Of a stretch of DNA of 64,000 nucleotides, positions 47,120-59,319 are shown in pieces. The first letter of the stretch is position 1. Each line of letters opens with the position of its first letter. Source of the DNA: Pseudomonadales bacterium. GTDB taxonomy: Bacteria; Pseudomonadota; Gammaproteobacteria; Pseudomonadales; GM7GCV1. Under the pieces are notes generated by a model. That model made no database searches. It was not told the origin of the DNA and saw only the letters and a list, made by a program, of their open reading frames with translations. The stretch lies in assembly GCA_965222065.1 (NCBI GenBank), contig OZ244933.1:1586924-1650923 (forward strand), read 5' to 3'. A program made the position numbers and the translations under genes.

Positions 47120-47516
47120 TATGATCACATTGGGGGTAGCCGATGTGCCAAGGGCAATAGCCTTTTATGAAAAAGGGCTAGGCTTTCCCCGGCTGGATTT
47201 CGAATCGGACTCCGTCGCTTTCTTCACACTCAATGGGACCTGGCTGGGATTATATGGGCGTGAGGCGCTGGCCGAAGATGCCCAGGTAGCGCCAGGAGGC
47301 AGTGGCTTTAACGGATTTGCCCTTGCACATAATGTTTCTTCGGAATCAGAGGTTGATAGCGTAATGGAACAGGCCATCGCCGCAGGTGCGGAGATGGTAA
47401 AAACACCACAAAAAGTATTCTGGGGAGGGTACAGCGGTTATTTCAAAGACCTGGATGGACATCTTTGGGAAGTCGCCCACAACCCGTTTATGTGGGTTGG
47501 TCCCGAGAACAGGTAA
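47103..47516 (+). CDS. VOC (glyoxalase/bleomycin resistance/dioxygenase) family protein
   Basis: (V)QPRISMITLGVADVPRAIAFYEKGLGF... and DLDGHLWEVAHNP. The GTG at 47103 is preceded by AGGAGAG. The alternative ATG is at 47121. Confidence 0.8.
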   Translation: MQPRISMITLGVADVPRAIAFYEKGLGFPRLDFESDSVAFFTLNGTWLGLYGREALAEDAQVAPGGSGFNGFALAHNVSSESEVDSVMEQAIAAGAEMVKTPQKVFWGGYSGYFKDLDGHLWEVAHNPFMWVGPENR

Positions 47517-49778
47517 TTAGACGATTTCCTCTGATTTCCTTGCTGAAAAGCTGTAAACGTCCAGATTTTTTGGCCACAGAAACCGTATCGTTGTGCCCTT
47601 ACCGGGCTCGGATTCCAGATGTATTTCGCCACCATAGGTTCTCACAATTTTTTCCACGATTGAGAGCCCCATACCCGTTCCATCAACTTCGTCTTTTGGT
47701 CGCAAGGAAGAAAACATCTCAAAAACCCTTTCGTGAAATTTCGGATCAATTCCCTGTCCGTCATCACTAACAGCAAACTCGTAAAAGTCCTCATCCTCCG
47801 CCTGTTTTCCCGAGACAGTAATTGTCCCGGATTCCCCACCATGATGCTTAATGGCATTGGAAATAAGGTTTCGAAGAATGAGCTCGAAAGGTGCCGCCAG
47901 AGTATTGAACACCGGCAGTTTCCCTGTAAATTCCAGCGCAAAATCCCGTGGAGGATGAGAGATCTCAAAAATTTCGCGGGTCATGGTCTCCACGTTAATT
48001 TCACGACTTGCTTCTTGTCTTCTTCCAACCTGCGAAAACGTAAGCAAATCCGTTAACAGGCTATCCAGTCGTTTAATTCGACTCTGGATTAAATTGATAT
48101 TCTGTTGAACCTGTCCCTGGTCACCAGACTCAAGGTCTTCCTGAATCCAGCTGATCAGTTGGGATATGCCTCTTAATGGTGCCTTGAGGTCATGCGAGGC
48201 TACCCGGGCAAATTGCGACAGATCGTTATTACTGCGTTCCAGTTCCGCCATATACATGGCTAATTGTTCCTCGGCCTCCTTGCGATCCTGGATATCAGTT
48301 ACCGTACCGCAGAGACGTTTGACTCCGGATATTTCGTCTTCAAAGGCAATACTGCGAGCCAAAAACCATTTGTACTGACCATTTTTGCACTTGAGTCGAT
48401 ATTCCTGTTCGTAAGGCTTCCCTGTACCGATGTGTTGCTCCAGATTTCTCCGGGTCGCCGGAAAATCATCCGGATGAAGCAGAGACAGGAAGGTCTCATG
48501 AGATGCTTTAATCTCATCCTCTTCGTAGCCAAGCAAGGCTTTAAATTGGGGCGACCAGTATTGTTCCGGTTTTGATAAGTCTGGCCAGTCGCGGATTCCA
48601 TCCATGGAGGCTTCAATAACCCGTTCGAGTCTTTTTTCTGATTCCACCAACTGTGTGATGTCTTCGATCACCACCAATATTCGTCGCTTGCCTCCCATCG
48701 TCGACGGATAGGGGATTCGATGACGCCTGACCCAGCCGCTGGTTCCATCCAGGTGTTTGTACTGGGAAATAACATTCAGCTCGGGAATACCGGTTTCTAT
48801 CACCCGGAGATTGTTTTCATAAAATTCCTGCGCTTTTTCCCTGGAAACAAACTCGGCCGTATTCCTGCCTTCACCCACCTCAACGGAAGTCCCCAGCATT
48901 TCTGCGGCACCCCGGTTCATCTTTAATATATTGTTTTTGTCATCCTTGCAAAGAATTGCCAGAGGGACTGAGTCAAAGATAATTTGAAGTTCGTTTTCAC
49001 GTTCAGCCAGTTCGCTTCTAATTATTTCTTCCGTTTCTACCAGGATATTCAGGTTTAGCGCCAATACACCAATTTCGTCATGGCGATAAACCCTGGCCTT
49101 GGAATGCTTGTCTCCCTCAGCCCGGCGATCAATCACATTGATCACATCCTTGAGTGGCCCAAAAATGTAGTATGAAAACAGGGTATAGAGGAACACATCC
49201 AGAAGCAGGATGGCGACGAGGGATAAAAGGAAATAAAACTGAAGCTCTCGTTTGTCAGCCTGCATCTTTGCCAATGTGTCCAGTTGCATGACAATTAATA
49301 CGGGCCGTAAAATTTCCCCTTCCCCATCCAGCCTGAAATCAAATCGCCGCGCATAGGTGTAAGTAGAACCATCTTCTTGCATGCGACCTATTTCGGATAA
49401 CTGGTTTGCACTGAGTTCGTCGAATACACTCCTGGGTAAAAGATTTTCACCCATTTCATGCACCTGGGTATTTTGCCAACTCGGTTCCGAACTAACGATG
49501 ACCTCACCGGAATAAGGCAGGATAACGGACACATTGAGTACATTATTCTCTTGCGCGAGAGCTTCCACCACAGGTGCCAGTTGAAAAGGACGCCCATAAA
49601 TATCGACTGCGTTCCTGATGGTGTTGGCAATTAACTTGGCCTGCTCCCTGGCATCCTGCTCACGGTCTATATTCATATCGCGATCAATAAGAAAAAGAAC
49701 GGAACACGCACCTATTAGAAGGATGCTGATTACCGGAATAAGAATAATATGTCTCAGGGATCTCTCTCTGTGATCCAT
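47517..49778 (-). CDS. sensor histidine kinase (periplasmic domain, HAMP, two PAS domains, HisKA, HATPase_c)
   Basis: TM, then an approximately 170-aa extracytoplasmic segment, then a second TM. Two PAS-like regions, the H-box VASHDLKAPLRGI, and N/G boxes (NAIKH, DDGQGI, GTGMGLSIV). The start at 49778 is preceded by AAGGGAGAG. No receiver domain. Confidence 0.85.
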   Translation of the reverse strand: MDHRERSLRHIILIPVISILLIGACSVLFLIDRDMNIDREQDAREQAKLIANTIRNAVDIYGRPFQLAPVVEALAQENNVLNVSVILPYSGEVIVSSEPSWQNTQVHEMGENLLPRSVFDELSANQLSEIGRMQEDGSTYTYARRFDFRLDGEGEILRPVLIVMQLDTLAKMQADKRELQFYFLLSLVAILLLDVFLYTLFSYYIFGPLKDVINVIDRRAEGDKHSKARVYRHDEIGVLALNLNILVETEEIIRSELAERENELQIIFDSVPLAILCKDDKNNILKMNRGAAEMLGTSVEVGEGRNTAEFVSREKAQEFYENNLRVIETGIPELNVISQYKHLDGTSGWVRRHRIPYPSTMGGKRRILVVIEDITQLVESEKRLERVIEASMDGIRDWPDLSKPEQYWSPQFKALLGYEEDEIKASHETFLSLLHPDDFPATRRNLEQHIGTGKPYEQEYRLKCKNGQYKWFLARSIAFEDEISGVKRLCGTVTDIQDRKEAEEQLAMYMAELERSNNDLSQFARVASHDLKAPLRGISQLISWIQEDLESGDQGQVQQNINLIQSRIKRLDSLLTDLLTFSQVGRRQEASREINVETMTREIFEISHPPRDFALEFTGKLPVFNTLAAPFELILRNLISNAIKHHGGESGTITVSGKQAEDEDFYEFAVSDDGQGIDPKFHERVFEMFSSLRPKDEVDGTGMGLSIVEKIVRTYGGEIHLESEPGKGTTIRFLWPKNLDVYSFSARKSEEIV

Positions 49779-50058
49779 CCGTTGCTCTCCCTTTTTAATA
49801 TAGTCCGATATAGCAGGCATAAGCGTGTTCGATGTATGCGTTGATAATTGTGGATTTCCGATCCTGGAATAAATTCATATACACACGAAAATCTGGTATT
49901 TTCACAGCATATACTCTGTAATTTTGCTTTGCAGCTACTACTGACTGTTATCAACAGGCACTTTTGATCTAGCTCAACTACTTTAATTAGATTGTCATGT
50001 AAGCTTCACTAAACTGCGTTTCCCACTCACTTTTTAACTTAAGAGGCACAGAGGCACC

Positions 50059-50331
50059 ATGAAAAAACTGGACAAGTTATTTAGCGAGGCCCGCCATATT
50101 CACGATGAACTGGAGCTCCAGCTTCATTTGATGAACATGGATCTCAAGGACCAATGGCATGAGCTCAGCGACCGGCTGAAAACCCTGGAAAAATCCTTCG
50201 AAGACCGTGTCGTCTCCAGCGCGGAAAAGTGGGGAAAGGCCGAAGAGGCGTATTTTGCAGGTGAACAGGAGGATCTGGCCCGACTGGTCGAGGAATTCCA
50301 GAGTCTTCGCAGATCTCACAAGGACGACTAG
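50059..50331 (+). CDS. hypothetical acidic coiled-coil protein
   Basis: 90 aa, predicted all-helical and charged. No recognisable motif. Confidence 0.45.
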   Translation: MKKLDKLFSEARHIHDELELQLHLMNMDLKDQWHELSDRLKTLEKSFEDRVVSSAEKWGKAEEAYFAGEQEDLARLVEEFQSLRRSHKDD

Positions 50332-50437
50332 TCTTCAGGCAAGCTGACGAAATATATTGAGTCGCCAGTATTGCCTGGCTACCACTCTTTAACGACAATT
50401 TCCCACTCATGACACCTTTGTCCGAGTGGGGGAGTTT

Positions 50438-50956
50438 ATGGGATCAAATGATGAGTTGATCCTCCGTCTTGAGCAACCTGGGGATGCACAGGAAATTTCC
50501 CGTGTCGTTCGGCTCGCTTTTGAAAACTCGCCTCACAGTGATCAGCAAGAACATTTTATCGTGGAATCCCTGAGAGACTCCGGGGCGCTTGATCCTGCAG
50601 TAATTGCCCAAATCAATGACGAATTAGTCGGCTTTGCAGGAACGTCTCCCGTGCAGATTTCTGATGGCTCCCAAGGATGGTTTGGTTTGGGTCCTGTGGC
50701 TGTTCTTACTGATTTCCAGGGCGCCGGTATAGGAAGCATGATAGTCGATGACATACTTTCCCGGTTACGCTACCGTGGGGCGTCAGGATGTGTCGTGCTG
50801 GGTGACCCGGATTTTTACTCCCGTTTTGGCTTCGAGCCCGATCGGCAACTTGTATTCCCCGGCTTCGATCCTGAATATTTCCAAATCATCCGTTTTGACG
50901 AATCCCCGGCGCATGGGAATGTGCTTTATCATCCGGCGTTTTACAGCTCACACTGA
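50438..50956 (+). CDS. GNAT family N-acetyltransferase (YhbS-like)
   Basis: FQGAGIGSMIV motif and the C-terminal GDPDFYSRFGF typical of COG3153 acetyltransferases. Confidence 0.8.
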   Translation: MGSNDELILRLEQPGDAQEISRVVRLAFENSPHSDQQEHFIVESLRDSGALDPAVIAQINDELVGFAGTSPVQISDGSQGWFGLGPVAVLTDFQGAGIGSMIVDDILSRLRYRGASGCVVLGDPDFYSRFGFEPDRQLVFPGFDPEYFQIIRFDESPAHGNVLYHPAFYSSH

Positions 50957-50985
50957 TCAGCGTAATGTTTACATTGAGCGTATAA

Positions 50986-51645
50986 ATGGATAAACCTCTT
51001 CAAATTGATTACTACTCAGACGTGCTTTGTGTCTGGGCCTGGATCGCTCAGCGAAGGCTGGAAGAGCTCAACAGGCAGTGGGGCAACCAGATTCGGATTT
51101 GCCATTATTACGTCGATGTCTTTGGCGATGTTGAGCAAAAGATAGAAAACGCCTGGGCTGACAGGGGCCGGTACAGCGGATTTGCCAGTCATGTTCAGGA
51201 GGCCGTGCATAAATTTGATGAAATCAAAGTGCACCCGGAACTCTGGCAAGAGACTCGACCAAAAACCTCCGCCAATGCCCATCTTGTAATCAAGGCCATT
51301 GAGCTGGTTCATGGCGAGGACGTTGCCGGAAAAATTGATTTTGAAATACGCCAATCGTTCTTTCTCGAGGCCCGGGATATTGGGCATATGGATTTTCTGT
51401 TTGATGTCCTTGAGCATAACCAGCTGGATCCCGGAAAGATTCGTGGTCATATCGAAAATGGGGCGGCCATGGCAAGCTTGCTGCGCGATTACCGGCAGGC
51501 ACAATCAAAATCTATCCAGGGCAGTCCCACGTATGTTCTCGATGGAGGACGCCAGGTACTTTTTGGCAACGTGGGCTATCGGGTTATTCATGCCAATATC
51601 GAAGAGTTGCTACGCAAGCCCGTGGGAGAAGCTAGCTGGTGCTAA
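50986..51645 (+). CDS. DsbA-family thioredoxin-fold protein with monothiol active site (CVWA)
   Basis: IDYYSDVLCVWAW occupies the position of the DsbA/FrnE DxxCPWC motif (Cys15, nt 51028-51030; the second Cys is replaced by Ala). GSPTYVLDG is the cis-Pro loop. The protein ends in ...SWC. Confidence 0.7.
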   Translation: MDKPLQIDYYSDVLCVWAWIAQRRLEELNRQWGNQIRICHYYVDVFGDVEQKIENAWADRGRYSGFASHVQEAVHKFDEIKVHPELWQETRPKTSANAHLVIKAIELVHGEDVAGKIDFEIRQSFFLEARDIGHMDFLFDVLEHNQLDPGKIRGHIENGAAMASLLRDYRQAQSKSIQGSPTYVLDGGRQVLFGNVGYRVIHANIEELLRKPVGEASWC

Positions 51646-51723
51646 GCCACCGGGAATCATATTTGAACCCGGGGCAATATATTGGGATATGATGCGATTA
51701 ACCATCAAGGGGAGGTGACCCAC

Positions 51724-52182
51724 ATGACTCTGGAAACGGTTAAAGATATCCTGGACTGGACACGTACTTTGCACCAGCGACTCAGTGAGACGTACGAAGA
51801 TGCCGCGGCTGAAATCGGGGATGAACGGGCGTCCATGCTGCTAAAATATGTCGCCGAACACGAGCGCGTTCTGTCTGAATCCATCAAGCGCTTTGAAAGT
51901 GACAGCAATGTCCAGCTGATGGATACCTGGTTTCAGGAGTACATCAACAAAATGCCTTTCATGAACAGCTCGCCGGCCATTGGTGGATTTCCTACCGCGG
52001 ATCCCACAGTAATTATGGATATGACCATTAAAGCCCACCAGTCATTGATCGATATGTATAAAGAGCTGGGCGAGCTGGCGAAAACTTCCAAACTGAAAGA
52101 ATTGTTTGAGGAAATGGAGTTTCTGGAAAATTCAGAACTAAAGCGTATGGTGACCTCCATGCAGCGGATGACCGATTTATAG
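51724..52182 (+). CDS. hypothetical helical protein
   Basis: 152 aa from the ATG preceded by the strong RBS AAGGGGAGGTGA. No recognisable motif. Confidence 0.5.
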   Translation: MTLETVKDILDWTRTLHQRLSETYEDAAAEIGDERASMLLKYVAEHERVLSESIKRFESDSNVQLMDTWFQEYINKMPFMNSSPAIGGFPTADPTVIMDMTIKAHQSLIDMYKELGELAKTSKLKELFEEMEFLENSELKRMVTSMQRMTDL

Positions 52183-52203
52183 TTCAAGGAAGGGTTGGCT
52201 TTT

Positions 52204-52587
52204 GTGAGATTGACTCTCTATTACGATGGGAGCTGCCCTATCTGCGTTCGCGAAATGCGCCAACTAAAGCGGTGCGATACAAAGTTCCAGCTAAATCTGG
52301 TTAATGTTCAGGCTGAGGAGTTCGCGGAGAAATACCCGCATATCGATCCGGCGAAAGCCATGCAGATTCTACACGCGGAAACCGAAGACGGGGCCATACT
52401 GCTCGGTGTAAAGGCCAATGTCACTGCCTGGCGTCTGGTAGATCGAAAACCCTGGCTGGAAATACTTCGCTGGCCACTGATCAGGCCGATTGCCGATGCG
52501 TGCTATCTATTTTTTGCCCGGCATCGTTATCGAATATCCAGAATATTCCTCGGACAGTCTCGCTGTGAAAGCTGTCACCTTCCTTAA
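52204..52587 (+). CDS. thiol-disulfide oxidoreductase DCC family (DUF393)
   Basis: LTLYYDGSCPICVREM is the N-terminal CxxC motif of DCC proteins. The GTG at 52204 is preferred on RBS spacing over the TTG at 52195. Confidence 0.8.
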   Translation: MRLTLYYDGSCPICVREMRQLKRCDTKFQLNLVNVQAEEFAEKYPHIDPAKAMQILHAETEDGAILLGVKANVTAWRLVDRKPWLEILRWPLIRPIADACYLFFARHRYRISRIFLGQSRCESCHLP

Positions 52588-52604
52588 TACAAAGAGCCAA
52601 AAAT

Positions 52605-52634
52605 AAAAAAGGCCGCTATTTAGCGGCCTTTTTT
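52605..52634. terminator. bidirectional rho-independent terminator (serves the atp operon and the DCC gene)
   Basis: aaaaaa-GGCCGCT-attt-AGCGGCC-tttttt lies between the convergent DCC gene and atpC. Confidence 0.8.
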
Positions 52635-52655
52635 GTCGAATGGTCGAATTGCCTG

Positions 52656-53081
52656 TCAGCGTTTGGCCTGGCGACGAAGCTTTTCCAGCGTCATTAACTG
52701 GGCTGCGGCTTCTGCCAATTCGGATGAGGCACGTGAGTAGTCCAGTTCACCCGACTGGTTTGTCAGGGTTTTCAGGGCTTCATCACGGGCCTGCTGGGCC
52801 GATGCTTCGTCAATATCATGAGCTCGCACAGCCGTATCAGCCAAAATGGTCACCAAATGTGGTTGTACTTCCAGATAGCCACCGGAAACAAACACCAGCT
52901 CCTCTTCACCACCCTGCTTGATGATACGCAAGGGACCGGGGCGTAATGGTGTTAAAAGCGGGGCATGGCCATACTGGACGCCAAGCTCACCTTCAATGCC
53001 AGTGGCTGTCAGACTTTCAATCAGGCCTGAAAAAATTTCCTGCTCGGCGCTAACTATATTGCAGTGGACAGTCATGGGCAT
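52656..53081 (-). CDS. atpC: F0F1 ATP synthase subunit epsilon
   Basis: 141 aa, [15 protein letters not shown]...; last gene of the atp operon. Confidence 0.95.
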   Translation of the reverse strand: MPMTVHCNIVSAEQEIFSGLIESLTATGIEGELGVQYGHAPLLTPLRPGPLRIIKQGGEEELVFVSGGYLEVQPHLVTILADTAVRAHDIDEASAQQARDEALKTLTNQSGELDYSRASSELAEAAAQLMTLEKLRRQAKR

Positions 53082-53111
53082 AAGGTTACTCCTGTTGCAA
53101 AGACCTGCAAC

Positions 53112-54539
<1,428 letters not shown>

Positions 54540-55403
54540 TTATACCGCGGCAGCACCGCCTACAATTTCTGATAGCTCTTGTGTAATCGCTGCCTGACGA
54601 GCCTTGTTGTAAAGCAACTGCAATTCGTCAATCAGCTCACCGGCATTATCAGTAGCATTCTTCATTGCCAACATACGTGCAGCCATTTCACAGGCCTTGT
54701 TTTCGACAACTGCCTGATAAACCTGGGATTCCACATAACGCACCAGCAATCCATCCAGAATCTCTCGCGGATCGGTGGGCTCGTAAATGTAATCCCAGCG
54801 GTGAGTCAGCTCTTCATCTTCCGACTTTTCCAGTGGCAGTAACTGTCGCACCTGGGGCTTCTGGGTCATGGTGTTAACAAAATCATTGCTCACCAGGTAA
54901 AGACGATCAATGGCGCCTTCATCAAACGCATCCAGCATGACTTTGACTGAACCCAACAACTCTTCGGCACTGGGTGCATCACCCAGGTCACGTACTGCTG
55001 CCAGAACATTGCCGCCGTAGTTGCCAAAAAACGCGGCCGCCTTGGCACCAACTGCACAAAAATCCGCCTCGACGTCTTGCTCTTTCCAACGCTTGAGGTC
55101 CTTGACCAGGGCCTTGAACAGGTTAACGTTCAGGCCGCCACAGAGACCGCGATCAGAAGACACCAGAATATAGCCAACACGCTTGACCTCGCGCTCTACC
55201 AGATACTGATGCTTGTATTCAGAGTTCGCGCTGGCAATGTGACTGATCACCGAGCGGATACGTTCAGCATAGGGCTTGCCAAGAGACATTCGGTCCTGGG
55301 CACGGCGCATTTTGCTGGCCGCGACCATTTCCATTGCAGAGGTAATTTTCTGCGTGCTCTTGATTGAGTTGATCTTGGTTTTTACTTCCTTACCAACTGC
55401 CAT
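54540..55403 (-). CDS. atpG: F0F1 ATP synthase subunit gamma
   Basis: 287 aa, [24 protein letters not shown]-terminus and [15 protein letters not shown]-terminus. Confidence 0.97.
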   Translation of the reverse strand: MAVGKEVKTKINSIKSTQKITSAMEMVAASKMRRAQDRMSLGKPYAERIRSVISHIASANSEYKHQYLVEREVKRVGYILVSSDRGLCGGLNVNLFKALVKDLKRWKEQDVEADFCAVGAKAAAFFGNYGGNVLAAVRDLGDAPSAEELLGSVKVMLDAFDEGAIDRLYLVSNDFVNTMTQKPQVRQLLPLEKSEDEELTHRWDYIYEPTDPREILDGLLVRYVESQVYQAVVENKACEMAARMLAMKNATDNAGELIDELQLLYNKARQAAITQELSEIVGGAAAV

Positions 55404-55434
55404 ATAAATCTATCCCAAAGCTTTTGTGCTTAGT

Positions 55435-56979
55435 TTAGTAAGTCTGGGTTTCAACAAACTTGTCGATTGCAGCCTTAAAGCCGGCTTCGATATCGTCAGT
55501 CCAGTTACCTTCGTCACCGACCTGTTTCATCAGGTCTGCGTGTTCGGCATTCATGTAACTCAACAGTGCGGATTCGAAATCACCAATTTTGTTGAGCTCA
55601 ACGGACTTGAGATAACCCGAGTTGGCCGCGTACAGCACAACACCCATCTCGGCTGTGTTGAGCGGGGCATACTGCAGCTGCTTCATCAGTTCGGTAACTG
55701 CCTGGCCGTGTTCGAGCTGCTCACGCGTGGCATCATCCAGATCCGAAGCAAATTGCGAGAACGCTGCCAGTTCACGGTACTGGGCAAGCGCCAGACGAAT
55801 ACCACCACCAAGCTTTTTGATGATTTTGGTCTGGGCCGAACCACCTACACGCGAGACCGAAAGGCCGGCGTTCATGGCAGGGCGGATACCTGCGTTAAAC
55901 AGGTCGGCTTCCAGGAAGATCTGACCATCGGTAATGGAGATTACGTTGGTAGGAACGAAAGCCGAAACATCGCCCGCCTGGGTTTCAATGATAGGCAGGG
56001 CGGTCAGGGAGCCTGTTTTCCCTTTGACTTCACCATTAGTACATTTTTCAACGTGGTCCGCGTTCACCCGGGCCGCGCGCTCAAGCAAGCGAGAGTGCAA
56101 GTAGAAAACGTCACCGGGGTAGGCCTCACGACCAGGAGGACGCTTCAACAGAAGCGATATCTGGCGATAGGCCCATGCCTGTTTGGTCAGATCGTCATAA
56201 ATAATCAGGGCGTCTTCACCGCGGTCGCGATAGTACTCGCCCATGGTGCAGCCAGCATAGGGTGCAAGGAATTGCATGGACGCGGGGTCTGACGCGGTAG
56301 CTGCTACCACAATGGTGTGGTCCATGGCACCGTGCTCTTCCAGCTTGCGCACAATATTGGCTACAGTTGAGTTCTTCTGGCCAACGGCGACGTAAATACA
56401 TTTAACGCCTGTGCCTTTCTGGTTAATGATGGCGTCGATGGCGATGGCGGTTTTACCGATCTGGCGGTCGCCGATAATCAACTCACGCTGACCGCGACCG
56501 ATTGGTACCATTGAGTCAATGGCCTTGAGACCGGTCTGCATGGGCTGGTCTACCGATTGGCGGGCAATAACGCCAGGTGCGACTTTCTCTACCGCATCGG
56601 TCAGTTTGGCATCAATCGCTCCCTTGCCATCAATTGCGTTACCCAGGGCATCGACCACCCGGCCTTCCATTTCGGGACCGACGGGTACTTCCAGAATACG
56701 ACCCGTACAACGAGCCTTGTCGCCTTCGGCCAGTCCCAGGTAATCACCCAGTACCACGGCACCGACGGAATCGCGCTCCAGGTTGAGGGCCATACCGAAA
56801 AGGCCGCCGTCAAATTCGATCATCTCGCCGTACATAACTTCGGCAAGACCATGGATTCGAACGATACCATCCTGAACGGAGACAACCGTGCCTTCGTTTT
56901 TCGCCTCGGCGGCGACGTCCAGGGAATCAATTCGATTCTTGATAATGTCACTGATTTCAGATGGATTCAGTTGCTGCAT
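55435..56979 (-). CDS. atpA: F0F1 ATP synthase subunit alpha
   Basis: 514 aa with Walker A GDRQIGKT and a canonical alpha subunit sequence. Confidence 0.98.
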   Translation of the reverse strand: MQQLNPSEISDIIKNRIDSLDVAAEAKNEGTVVSVQDGIVRIHGLAEVMYGEMIEFDGGLFGMALNLERDSVGAVVLGDYLGLAEGDKARCTGRILEVPVGPEMEGRVVDALGNAIDGKGAIDAKLTDAVEKVAPGVIARQSVDQPMQTGLKAIDSMVPIGRGQRELIIGDRQIGKTAIAIDAIINQKGTGVKCIYVAVGQKNSTVANIVRKLEEHGAMDHTIVVAATASDPASMQFLAPYAGCTMGEYYRDRGEDALIIYDDLTKQAWAYRQISLLLKRPPGREAYPGDVFYLHSRLLERAARVNADHVEKCTNGEVKGKTGSLTALPIIETQAGDVSAFVPTNVISITDGQIFLEADLFNAGIRPAMNAGLSVSRVGGSAQTKIIKKLGGGIRLALAQYRELAAFSQFASDLDDATREQLEHGQAVTELMKQLQYAPLNTAEMGVVLYAANSGYLKSVELNKIGDFESALLSYMNAEHADLMKQVGDEGNWTDDIEAGFKAAIDKFVETQTY

Positions 56980-57014
56980 TTGTTCATTCCTCAGGAATTC
57001 CTGATTACTCCCGT

Positions 57015-57551
57015 TTAGTGGGCAATGGCCTCTTTGAGTTTGGTCAGACGGCCTTTGACAGAGCCGTCGATCAGCGTGTCGCCAGCGTGAATAACTGCGC
57101 CACCGATCAGGCTGCTATCGGCCTCGACCTCCATGACAACCTTGCGATTGAGGTTTTTGCTCAATGCCTCGGCCAGTTTGTTTTGCTGCTCTTCGCTGAT
57201 CTCATAGGCACTCAGGATTTTCACATCCAGTACCTGCTCACGATTGGCCTTCATCAGATCAAAAAGTTTCGAGATCTCGCCCAGCAGATTCAGGCGCTTG
57301 TTAACCGCCATATTGCGGACAAAGTTCTGCATTTTTTCATTCAGATCTTCACCCATTAAGTCGATCAGAATCCGGGCGTGCTGCTCGGTGGTCGCCAGTG
57401 GATTTGAAAGGGCCTGGGCGACCTTTGGATCTGCCGCGACAACCGCAAGCTCTTGAAGTGCCCTTGACCAGGCATCCAGGGCATTAGCCGCATCGGCGTA
57501 TTCAAACGCGGCCTTGGCGTAGGGACGAGCCAGTGTGGTTATTTCTGCCAT
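57015..57551 (-). CDS. atpH: F0F1 ATP synthase subunit delta
   Basis: 178 aa, [15 protein letters not shown]-terminus. Confidence 0.95.
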   Translation of the reverse strand: MAEITTLARPYAKAAFEYADAANALDAWSRALQELAVVAADPKVAQALSNPLATTEQHARILIDLMGEDLNEKMQNFVRNMAVNKRLNLLGEISKLFDLMKANREQVLDVKILSAYEISEEQQNKLAEALSKNLNRKVVMEVEADSSLIGGAVIHAGDTLIDGSVKGRLTKLKEAIAH

Positions 57552-57572
57552 ATGATTTCCCGTCGCCTCGGC

Positions 57573-58043
57573 CTAGAGCTGAGCGGCCAGCTTGTCCAGC
57601 ATATCGCTGTGCGTTTTGGCATCAACCCTGGTTTCGAGAATTTTCTCGGCACCACTTATCGCCAGCAGGGCGACTTGAGCCCGCAGAGCTTCTTTTGCCT
57701 GGGCAATCTGCTGTTCAACCTCTGCTTCCGCATTGGCGCGAACACGATCTGCTTCTTCTTTCGCCTTTTCTTTGGCGTCCTCGACCATCTGGTCGGCACG
57801 CTTTTTCGCCTGTTCGATAATCTCGGCAGCCCGGGCCTGAGCCTCTTTCAGATCAGCCGCGGCTTTTTCCTGGGCCAGTTCCAGATCCTTGTCCGCACGA
57901 TCCGCCGCTGCCAGGCCATCGGCGATTTTTTTCGCTCGCTCGGCCATGGCGTTGGTAATCGGCGGCCATACAAACTTCATGCAAAAGAGCACAAAGATGA
58001 CGAAAAAGATCATCTGGCCAACGAGTGTCCAATTGATACTCAC
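57573..58043 (-). CDS. atpF: F0F1 ATP synthase subunit B
   Basis: 156 aa with a single N-terminal TM followed by a long charged helix. Confidence 0.95.
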   Translation of the reverse strand: MSINWTLVGQMIFFVIFVLFCMKFVWPPITNAMAERAKKIADGLAAADRADKDLELAQEKAAADLKEAQARAAEIIEQAKKRADQMVEDAKEKAKEEADRVRANAEAEVEQQIAQAKEALRAQVALLAISGAEKILETRVDAKTHSDMLDKLAAQL

Positions 58044-58126
58044 TCTAGTAACCTCGATTCGTTAGTTGTTTGCTGTGCGTGTGCCGGTAAGACGCATGCG
58101 TCCTACCGGAACGAAATGGCGATCGC

Positions 58127-58399
<273 letters not shown>

Positions 58400-58415
58400 T
58401 TAAATGATGTAAAAC

Positions 58416-59315
<900 letters not shown>

Positions 59316-59319
59316 TCAG

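Noticed and set aside
50059-50956. GNAT toxin / small antitoxin (TacAT/AtaRT-like) pair formed by the 90-aa protein and the downstream GNAT.
   Set aside because: The genes are about 100 nt apart rather than overlapping. The small protein is an acidic coiled coil without an RHH/DUF1778-like N-terminus. The GNAT has the YhbS/COG3153 C-terminal motif (GDPDFYSRFGF) rather than tRNA-acetylating toxin features.
26068-52655. Classical genomic island or prophage interpretation of the accessory middle section.
   Set aside because: There is no integrase, recombinase, transposase, phage structural gene, tRNA/tmRNA attachment site or flanking direct repeat. The only repeat family seen (the REP-like palindromes) is outside the tract.
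55426-56292. Long antisense ORFs inside well-supported genes. Examples: 288 aa opposite atpA; 244 aa at 29664-30398 opposite GH79; 214 aa at 19580-20224 opposite dctM; 229 aa at 3660-4349 opposite ptsP; 218 aa at 23983-24639 opposite uvrD; 203 aa at 42858-43469 opposite the ATP-grasp gene.
   Set aside because: They are shadow ORFs of strongly conserved genes on the other strand. Their translations are low-complexity and Arg/Gly/His-rich, with no recognisable motifs and no plausible RBS. Such ORFs are typical of stop-codon-poor antisense frames.
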